A stretch of DNA of 58,538 nt from an uncultured virus (IMG/VR IMGVR_UViG_3300028591_000120) (lineage: Duplodnaviria; Heunggongvirae; Uroviricota; Caudoviricetes), in the IMG/VR virus record IMGVR_UViG_3300028591_000120, one strand, 5' to 3'. The translations under genes were made by a program, and so were the position numbers. Below, one piece after another: positions 49,552 through 56,055 of this stretch; positions within the stretch are counted from its first letter, which is position 1; every line of letters starts with the position of its first letter. The notes beneath the pieces were generated by a model. It was not told where the DNA came from, did not search any database, and worked only from the letters and a program-made list of their open reading frames with translations.

Positions 49552-49956
49552 TCATATCTTTCTTACATTATATACCCAGATGCAGTTATTAAACTGAACA
49601 TATAACTGACTATTACCATTAGTCTCAACTCTTAACCTCATTGTGCCTCTATCGCCATCTTGGTCAATAAACCTGAACTCGACTTGCTTTCCACCACTGG
49701 TATCAGTATAGCTTCCAACAAATTCTGTGATTTTATATACCTGACGAGTCTGAGAATAAATCTTAACAATATCATTATCAAAATTTATGGTAATAAGCAA
49801 ATCAGAATTTTGCCAATCTGACCAATCGGTCCATCTGCCATTGTCATCAACATACTTAATTGCAAAAGACGTTGACCTATAACTATAGGTTTGGGCACTG
49901 GATGAAACCGCAACAAACGCTAACAGTAGCGATGTAATAAACAAAAATTTCTTCAT
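49552..49956 (-). CDS. secreted beta-rich protein
   Basis: MKKFLFITSLLLAFVAVSSSA-Q signal peptide with +1 Gln. Confidence 0.7.
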   Translation of the reverse strand: MKKFLFITSLLLAFVAVSSSAQTYSYRSTSFAIKYVDDNGRWTDWSDWQNSDLLITINFDNDIVKIYSQTRQVYKITEFVGSYTDTSGGKQVEFRFIDQDGDRGTMRLRVETNGNSQLYVQFNNCIWVYNVRKI

Positions 49957-50061
49957 AACTATATTTATTTTTTTTTTCATTCTGACAAAAAATGATGCCT
50001 ACATTTCACTATCTCGCGCAACTCTACGCATAAGGTGGTTGCCTGCGATAACTTTTTTTCG

Positions 50062-50140
50062 AGCCGGAGACAGGACTCGAACCTGCGATGTGGAATACAT
50101 TATTACAAATAATGTCTAGTCGCCACTGTAGCACTCCGGC
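50062..50140 (-). tRNA. tRNA-Thr(TGT)
   Basis: GCCGGAG/CTCCGGC acceptor, CATTA-TT-TGT-AA-TAATG, GCAGG-TTCGAGT-CCTGT; enlarged variable region. Confidence 0.82.
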
Positions 50141-50144
50141 AAAA

Positions 50145-50460
50145 ATATCCATTGTTTTACTAGTGCGGCACAAAGGATAAAGCCGCACTCTTATCGTGAG
50201 CTAATCGGAGGATTTAATCAGACGCATCACCAATTTCCTCTAACCCGTGACCACGTTTTTGGTACGTGGACAACCCCCAAGCCTTCAAGCTGTACTTGAG
50301 AAAAAGCCAGCCATTCATCTGTGTTTTAAGCGCTATTTACAACAGACAACGGACTTGTTACAACATCGACCTCGATAGTTTGGAGGCTGCGTAACTTCTG
50401 ATATACGCCAAGGCTTATGCCAAATCACCCACCAGCAGCTTGGTTTAAATCAGTATATGG
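50145..50460 (-). ncRNA. unidentified structured RNA (~310 nt)
   Basis: GC-elevated, ORF-free region just downstream of a promoter (TATATTTG ~50479); helices AAGCCTT/AAGGCTT, CCACGT/ACGTGG, AGTGCGGC/GCCGCACT. Confidence 0.55.
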
Positions 50461-50553
50461 TTAAAGTTTTAACAATACAAATATACAAAAAATAAATATA
50501 AAAAAGAAGAAAAAAATGTTAAAAATTATTAATTAATTCAATATTCACCGCAT

Positions 50554-50688
50554 TTATAGATAATCTTCATTTTGGCAGTTATTGCAAAATGCTCTATCAA
50601 CCATCATCCCCGCTTTAACAGAAACGTCATTGCTTCCACATTTTTTGCAGCGTATATTGCCATTTTTATCCAATTCAAAACTAGTCAT
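50554..50688 (-). CDS. small Zn-ribbon protein
   Basis: MTSFELDKNGNIRCKKCGS...FCNNCQNEDYL; two CxxC. Confidence 0.6.
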   Translation of the reverse strand: MTSFELDKNGNIRCKKCGSNDVSVKAGMMVDRAFCNNCQNEDYL

Positions 50689-50708
50689 ATTTTTTTGTGT
50701 TTTATAAG

Positions 50709-50769
50709 TCGGCAGCGTTGGACTCGAACCAACCACGCTCTAGAATCGTCGCACCAAAATTTCTGCCGA
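50709..50769 (-). tRNA. tRNA-like gene with CUA (amber) anticodon, D-arm absent
   Basis: TCGGCAG/CTGCCGA stem, GTTGG-TTCGAGT-CCAAC T-arm, loop TT-CTA-GA closed by ACG/CGT. Confidence 0.55.
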
Positions 50770-51030
50770 TAAAAAATAGGAAAGTAGTTTCCAATAAGCA
50801 ATATGCACCGGGCAGTTGTCAATGCATCTACAAACCATGCTACCTACGCGCAACAACCATCCTACGCCATCACAGGTTTGAGTCTTAAAAGACTTGCTTT
50901 CCAACAAAACCTACTACTTTGAGTGACGCTTAACGACTCTCAGGGAATAATAGGAATCAAGTATTGCTTTTTTCTTTTCTAAATATTCTTCTAGAATTTT
51001 CATTAAAAATTCAAGTCGAAGCTAAAAAGG

Positions 51031-51102
51031 TGGAGCCTGTGGGATTTGAACCCCTCTGTGACATTGCAGATGTCAAGTGCTAGCCAGTACACTACAAGCC
51101 CC
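51031..51102 (-). tRNA. tRNA-Ala(TGC)
   Basis: GGGGCTT/AGGCTCC acceptor with G3:U70; TGACA-TC-TGC-AA-TGTCA. Confidence 0.85.
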
Positions 51103-51113
51103 TAATAAAAAAT

Positions 51114-51479
51114 AAACAACAGATGTGCTTTTACGCCAAAGACAGTACGTCTAGCTCGTACCTCACGATTTACGTTTACATTCGTCTGAGAATCCAGTAG
51201 CGGCTTTAAAGGTTCTCCAACTTGACTTCACTAGCCTCATTCGGTCTTATATTTCAGATTCTCCGACTTCGACCTCTAGTCTCTCGCCAATTAGGGATTT
51301 GCAACTCCCAAGTTATTTGGATGCACCTAGGGTTTTTATTCGAGGAGTAAACCCATAAAACAATAATAGCAGTTTGCCTCACTGATTATTAAGGCCACGC
51401 TCTATACTACCTCACCACTTACTGAGAACTGTCACTCTTTAGATGATGGACGCTTCCAATCCTACATTTCTTATTGTTT
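51114..51479 (-). ncRNA. ncRNA containing a split mimic of the 23S rRNA L11-binding domain (H42-H44)
   Basis: 5' AAGAAATGTAGGATTGGAAGCGTCCATCATCTAAAGAGT ...insert... GCGTAAAAGCACATCT 3' with compensatory pairings. Confidence 0.75.
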
Positions 51480-51485
51480 AATATG

Positions 51486-51515
51486 TGAATCTAGTAGGAT
51501 TCAAACCTACGACTT
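51486..51515 (-). pseudogene. tRNA 3' fragment (T-arm + acceptor strand only)
   Basis: GTC-GTAGG-TTTGAAT-CCTAC-TAGATTC-A; no matching 5' half found. Confidence 0.55.
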
Positions 51516-51532
51516 TATAGTAATATATAAAA

Positions 51533-51658
51533 AAATTCTAGTATAATTATTTTTTTGGCTTGGTTTTCGCCTGTGTTTTAAGCAAATTATGTAAACATAT
51601 TGACGCACTTTCAACGTCCTCACACCCGCTTGCCTACGGGCGTATTATACTAGAATTT
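51533..51658. other. 126-bp structured element bounded by a perfect 15-bp inverted repeat
   Basis: AAATTCTAGTATAAT (51533-51547) / ATTATACTAGAATTT (51644-51658) with internal hairpins. Confidence 0.6.
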
Positions 51659-51700
51659 ATACTTGGACTACGTATTTTTTTTAAAAAAATTAAATTATCT

Positions 51701-51775
51701 GGGAGTAGCGTTGGATTCAAACCAACGTATACATGTGCCACAAACATGTGCCTAAGTCTCTCGGCCAGCCACTCC
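51701..51775 (-). tRNA. tRNA-His(GTG)
   Basis: 8-bp acceptor GGAGTGGC/GCTACTCC (G-1:C73); ACATGT-TT-GTG-GC-ACATGT. Confidence 0.85.
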
Positions 51776-51785
51776 ATGTTTTATT

Positions 51786-51851
51786 AGGAAACATTTTTTA
51801 TAGTACGGATTTGCAATCTATTTTTTAAAAAATGTTTGCTGTTAGTTTCCT
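51786..51851 (-). ncRNA. ACAGCAA-stem element B carrying an anticodon-loop-like hairpin (TT-GCA-AA)
   Basis: AGGAAAC-TA-ACAGCAA...GA-TTGCAAA-TC...GTTTCCT. Confidence 0.6.
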
Positions 51852-51858
51852 TGTTTTG

Positions 51859-51929
51859 AGCAGGCTTATGGAGTCGAACCACTCATTCGTTCTGGTTTGA
51901 ACGTTATGCAACCGTTACATTAAAGCCGC
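51859..51929 (-). tRNA. non-canonical tRNA-Gly-like RNA (6-nt loop AAACCA)
   Basis: G1-C72, C2-G71, U73; CGTTC-AAACCA-GAACG; T-loop TTCGACT. Confidence 0.55.
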
Positions 51930-51933
51930 GTTG

Positions 51934-52005
51934 CGGTCTATAAAAGAGTCGAACTTTTATCCCAGGTTAGACAGACCAGTATAATAACCGTTATACGAAT
52001 AGACC
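51934..52005 (-). tRNA. tRNA-Asp(GTC)
   Basis: GGTCTAT/ATAGACC acceptor, G73, CTGGT-CT-GTC-TA-ACCTG. Confidence 0.82.
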
Positions 52006-52011
52006 ATTTTT

Positions 52012-52080
52012 AGGCAACCTTTTCATAAAACCGTAATTGAAAAACTAAGAATCGAACTTAAAATTTGCTGTGTGTTGCCT
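52012..52080 (-). ncRNA. ACAGCAA-stem element C carrying a T-arm and a second hairpin
   Basis: AGGCAAC-AC-ACAGCAA...TAAG-TTCGATT-CTTA..TTTCA/TGAAA..GTTGCCT. Confidence 0.6.
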
Positions 52081-52093
52081 TGAATTTTTTATG

Positions 52094-52164
52094 AGCAGAC
52101 CGTCGGATTCGAACCGCTTCTACAGCTGGATTGCTGCATGTTTTTCCTGTAAACTACAAGTCGC
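52094..52164 (-). tRNA. non-canonical tRNA-Gly-like RNA (6-nt loop AATCCA)
   Basis: G1-C72, C2-G71, U73; GCAGC-AATCCA-GCTGT; T-loop TTCGAAT. Confidence 0.55.
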
Positions 52165-52199
52165 AATTTTTATAAATATCTGCTAATCAGACAAATTTG

Positions 52200-52501
52200 T
52201 TGCGGGTTTGGGGGTCGAACCCAATGTTACCAGCTTCGTACTACTCTTGCTTTTATGCAAGCCAACTACGTGAGTTGTTGTAGTCTGGACTATTTCTTAA
52301 CCATATGCTCAACGTAAAGCACTTAGGCTGTAACCATATAGTCTCTACGCCATTTAGGATAAATCCATTTAGAGAGTCATCGCCAAAGAATATGTCGCCA
52401 TATTCGAGGTTTCTGTTTGTTAGGCTACATTTTCGATTATCTTTTCAGATAAAGGTCACTAATTAATGAGACTGGCATGTAAACCGTTTCATTCTCCCGC
52501 T
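52200..52501 (-). tRNA. tRNA(CAT) (Met or Ile2) split by a group I intron
   Basis: Exons 52466-52501 and 52200-52236 join to CCAGT-CT-CAT-AA-GCTGG. Confidence 0.85.
52237..52465 (-). mobile_element. group I intron (229 nt), no ORF
   Basis: Follows an exon U, ends in G; R GTAGAGACTATATGG and S AAGAAATAGTCC (P7 GACTA/TAGTC). Confidence 0.88.
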
Positions 52502-52506
52502 ATGTT

Positions 52507-52761
52507 TTATTTCAATACTTCCTGTATTTTTTTCAATTCCTCTATGGTATTGTTAATATTTTCAGGGTTAAGTGTTATTTCGTTATATTTTTCTTCTTGT
52601 ATTTTATTGTTTACATCGGCAAGCATTTCAATGATATTTTCTTTTAATGCGCAGTGGTATTTTGTTCCAACTATGCGTTGTGCTTCTGTCTTATCATATC
52701 CTGCTTCTACAAGATTTTTATAAAGTTCTTTTCTAAACTCAGATTCTAATATTTTACTCAT
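52507..52761 (-). CDS. hypothetical protein
   Basis: ORF after the promoter at ~52780. Confidence 0.65.
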   Translation of the reverse strand: MSKILESEFRKELYKNLVEAGYDKTEAQRIVGTKYHCALKENIIEMLADVNNKIQEEKYNEITLNPENINNTIEELKKIQEVLK

Positions 52762-52814
52762 AACTCATCTTCTTTTATGCAAATATACAAAAAATATTTT
52801 AAAAAAACAAAATT

Positions 52815-53699
52815 TTATTTAGAAATAATTTCCCTAAAGTTATCTAATGTTATAATTCCATTTGATAAACTTATTAATTCTTCTCTATATTTTACAGCAA
52901 AATCATAAATACTGTTTAATATTTTCCAATTATATGCCTTACCACTTGGTATGTTTAAAAACCTTGGCTTTTCCTCCAACGTTAATGTTGACCATAACCT
53001 TGTATTTTTAGCCACTTCTGGGCAACTTGGAAATTTTATTCTTGGACCATGATGGCTTGTTTTGTATGTGCTTTGGTTATCCACCCATATATCTATAGGT
53101 AAATTTGTTTCCTCTGCACTAAGCCTCTCATAATATTCTAATATTAGCTCTTCATTTAATTCATCTAAATATTGAGAAATTGTTAGGCCATCATTTCTAA
53201 TTATATATTTATTTAAGTTTTTTTGACTTATTTTTCCATCAGCATATTCATTAATGACTTTATGGTTATTAGATATGAAAGTTTTAATTTCGTTTAAAGA
53301 CTTATCATCAATATCTATCTTAAAACCATCTGCCATAATTGTCGGACTATCGCTGATACTTAGTGGCATAACATCAAATGTTCTTTCTCCAATAAAGTTC
53401 TCAGCATAAATCCAACGAGGATGGTCATACATGCCTTTGCTCTTGAAATCAGGTAAATGCAAGTTAACCGGTAAACCACTGTCTCTTTTGTCCAAATTGG
53501 TATAAAACATTAGTTCCGAATCGTCTTCATCTAACGCCCTATATCTTTTTAGCTCTTCAGAAGTGCACCACTCACATTTGCTTTCATTCAGCCACTTGCC
53601 CTTGTTCCTTTCAGAATCAAGCCAAGACGACTTATTTTCTACCCTTTCTATTAATGAGCGTATTCTATTTTTCTCTATAAAATATTCTTTGTTGTTCAT
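52815..53699 (-). CDS. hypothetical protein with two homologous domains
   Basis: L....SGLPVNL...HPRWI and L....TNLPIDIWVD...HGPRI, each ending IK.F..N/Y...I.....G.I. Confidence 0.65.
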   Translation of the reverse strand: MNNKEYFIEKNRIRSLIERVENKSSWLDSERNKGKWLNESKCEWCTSEELKRYRALDEDDSELMFYTNLDKRDSGLPVNLHLPDFKSKGMYDHPRWIYAENFIGERTFDVMPLSISDSPTIMADGFKIDIDDKSLNEIKTFISNNHKVINEYADGKISQKNLNKYIIRNDGLTISQYLDELNEELILEYYERLSAEETNLPIDIWVDNQSTYKTSHHGPRIKFPSCPEVAKNTRLWSTLTLEEKPRFLNIPSGKAYNWKILNSIYDFAVKYREELISLSNGIITLDNFREIISK

Positions 53700-53872
53700 A
53701 AATAATCACTATATATGCAAATATACAAAAAATATTTTAAAAAACAAAATTTTTTGATGTTATTTTTTGTTAAAGTGATAAATCCCAGGAAAGTATTAAA
53801 AAATTCCTCAAAGAAATATCAGAATACACATCCAATTTAATTACGTAACTGACTGTTTTACAGCACTTTAAG

Positions 53873-54274
53873 TGGACCTAGACGGAATCGAACCGTCGTC
53901 ACAATTACCGTTCTGTAGAAAATTATACAAGCTTTCAATTTTTGGTAAGAGGTTTTCTTCCTCAAAACGTTTTATTTAAATGTGTCGCCATCACATCCCG
54001 TCTTTGGGACCACCTCATTTTGAGAAAACGAGGAAAACAAGGGGGATGACCGGAGTCATCAGTTTCCACCATCTTAACGTACAACGTTAAAAAAAGTACT
54101 AGGATGTTCTGTTCCTAAGAGCCTAGTCTCTCGGCTTACCTTTTACGCAGCCATTGCGTAAGCGTAAGCAGGAGAATCAATGTTCTCGCCGTTTATATTT
54201 TTTTCGCTATTTCTAGTGTATGCCCACTGCTTGTTTTCTACCAAACCAATAACGTTCTATACCAGGTTAGGCCC
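53873..54274 (-). ncRNA. ssrA: tmRNA
   Basis: GGGCCTA/TAGGTCC-A acceptor with G3:U, T-arm GACGG-TTCGATT-CCGTC, tag ORF 54190-54143 GENIDSPAYAYAMAA-stop preceded by ATAAAC. Confidence 0.92.
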
Positions 54275-54467
54275 GTTTTTATTTTATAATGGATTGCTCT
54301 GAATTACATAATAAATGTCTTCTACTGTAACATCACTAGGCGCATCAGTGTTTCTCAATCCATATTTTAAAATTGAATATAAATCATTTTTATCCAAACT
54401 TTCTAAATATTCTTGCCTACTCATATTTGTATTATATAAATATTAAGAACTTTCAATTTTTTTCTTG

Positions 54468-54503
54468 CGTTGGCGGTAGGACTTGAACCTACGACCGCTT
54501 GTT
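54468..54503 (-). pseudogene. tRNA 3' fragment
   Basis: ACAAGCGGTC-GTAGG-TTCAAGT-CCTAC-CGCCAAC-G; upstream is AT-rich with no D-arm. Confidence 0.55.
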
Positions 54504-54534
54504 TATATATTATATTTTTTTTGGTTTTTTGTTA

Positions 54535-54571
54535 GTAGTCCAGATAGGACTTGAACCTACGTGCAACCTAC
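54535..54571 (-). pseudogene. tRNA 3' half abutting the TnpB element right end
   Basis: GTAGGTTGCAC-GTAGG-TTCAAGT-CCTAT-CTGGACT-A directly after the element end. Confidence 0.6.
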
Positions 54572-55940
54572 TACAGTATGTTAAAACTTACACAAAGTTG
54601 AACTTCGCGCTTTATTAACTTCTTGCTTCACAGAACCACTACTTTTTAGCAAATCATTTCTGATTGGGTCATCCACAGTTGGGCTCTCCACAAGCTTAGA
54701 TTCGGGTGTACTGCACCCTATTATTCTTAATCCCTCGTCCAAAATATTTAATGCAGCATTGTAGTCACGATTAATGACTTCTCCACAGTGAGGACACGTC
54801 CATTCTCTGTCGTTCAATGTCAATTCATTATTGACATAACCACAATTGTGGCACGTCTTTGAACTTGGGTAAAATCTGTCAACGAATACTATCTTTCTGT
54901 TGTACCAAGATGCCTTGTATTCAAGCATCCTACGAAATTCGCCGAAGTTCATTTCAAGTATACTTTCTGCAAGATTATGATTCTTAGACATACCTTTCAC
55001 GTTTAAGCCCTCCATACATATGACTTGGTTTTCATCAATGAGTGAATTACTTACACTGTGAAGATAGTATTGTTTTCTGTCGTTTATTTTCTTATATACC
55101 TTAGCAAGTTTAATCCTTGCCTTATTTCTGTTGTTGCTTCCTTTCTGTTTCTTAGACAACTGACGTTGTAGCTTCTTGATATTTTTTGTTTCACTTTTCT
55201 TGAAGTGAAGATTGCTGAATACTTCTCCTTCTGATGTGATAACGAAATCCTTAATGCCAAGGTCTATACCAATGTTGTTATTTGTCTCTTTGACTTGATG
55301 CATCAAATCTCCATCGACTAAGATTGAAAGGTAATATTCTCCACAAGGCAGACGCTTCAGCGTTGCCTGTCTGATACAATTCTTATGCTTCTCAAGATAC
55401 TCAGCATATTTCTCGTTACATCTGAACCTAACGTTCTTGATATTAGCAAGAGAAATACGATAGTCTGTATAGACATTACGTTTAGATATTGCTCCAAGTT
55501 CAAATCTGCAACTCTGTTTGTTGTCGTGCTTTGACTTGAATTTAGGAAAACCAGAATGCCGTTCGAAGAAATTCTTATATGCAGAGAGCATATCTTTTAC
55601 CGCTTGCTTTAATACTTTGGTGTTCTGTTCTCTTAGCCATATGAAATTATCATCTTTTAGAAGTTCGTGATGAACGAATTGTCCAAGTGTAGAAAGGTTT
55701 TCTGATTTACCGTCATTCTTATATGATTCTATTTTCCTGTTAAGACACTGATTATACACGACACGATAGCACCCAAGCAACTTATTATATTGAATTGCTT
55801 GTTCCTTATTTGGATATAGCCTTATCTTAACCGCTCTTAACATAATTTAAATCAGTTCTCCTATTTATATATAAATATCTTTTACATTTTGTTTATCTTA
55901 ATTATTTCACTAAAAATGTTAATTTTTGTTTAAATATTTA
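54572..55940 (-). mobile_element. tnpB-only IS200/IS605/IS607-like element
   Basis: Boundaries defined by identity with mini-copy 43591-43860; upstream flanks TTGAA and TTAAA (candidate TAM TTRAA). Confidence 0.85.
54581..55843 (-). CDS. tnpB: RNA-guided endonuclease TnpB
   Basis: MLRAVKIRLYP, GIDLG, MEGLNV, CHNC..CPHC, NRDYNAA. Confidence 0.93.
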   Translation of the reverse strand: MLRAVKIRLYPNKEQAIQYNKLLGCYRVVYNQCLNRKIESYKNDGKSENLSTLGQFVHHELLKDDNFIWLREQNTKVLKQAVKDMLSAYKNFFERHSGFPKFKSKHDNKQSCRFELGAISKRNVYTDYRISLANIKNVRFRCNEKYAEYLEKHKNCIRQATLKRLPCGEYYLSILVDGDLMHQVKETNNNIGIDLGIKDFVITSEGEVFSNLHFKKSETKNIKKLQRQLSKKQKGSNNRNKARIKLAKVYKKINDRKQYYLHSVSNSLIDENQVICMEGLNVKGMSKNHNLAESILEMNFGEFRRMLEYKASWYNRKIVFVDRFYPSSKTCHNCGYVNNELTLNDREWTCPHCGEVINRDYNAALNILDEGLRIIGCSTPESKLVESPTVDDPIRNDLLKSSGSVKQEVNKARSSTLCKF

Positions 55941-56055
55941 TTCAAAAGATGCCACACTCCCATATTTTATACTGACCAGTGGCCATATCAGAACCGTATT
56001 ACAGAACGGTGTTGCGCTTGTACTTGGCGCGGCGGTTTATAAACTGTTTTAATTT

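Noticed and set aside
49990..50055. Theta/HDV-like ribozyme after tRNA-Thr
   Set aside because: A hairpin exists (TCGC..GCAAC/GTTGC..GCGA) but is separated from the tRNA end by an A-run, and I could not build the nested double pseudoknot.
50145..50460. RNase P RNA (AGATGAATG and GAGGAAA resemble rnpB motifs)
   Set aside because: The motifs are in the wrong order, and the GAGGAAAGTCC and ACAGAA.CCGGCTTA P4 strands are absent.
51137..51433. Insert in the rRNA mimic as a canonical group I intron
   Set aside because: U/G boundaries, a possible P1 and a GAGAGACTAG R-like string are present, but I could not find an S/P7' partner; left unclassified.
54572..55940. IStron (group I intron-TnpB hybrid)
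   Set aside because: No P7 R/S motifs in the short element ends, and joining the flanks does not restore a complete tRNA.
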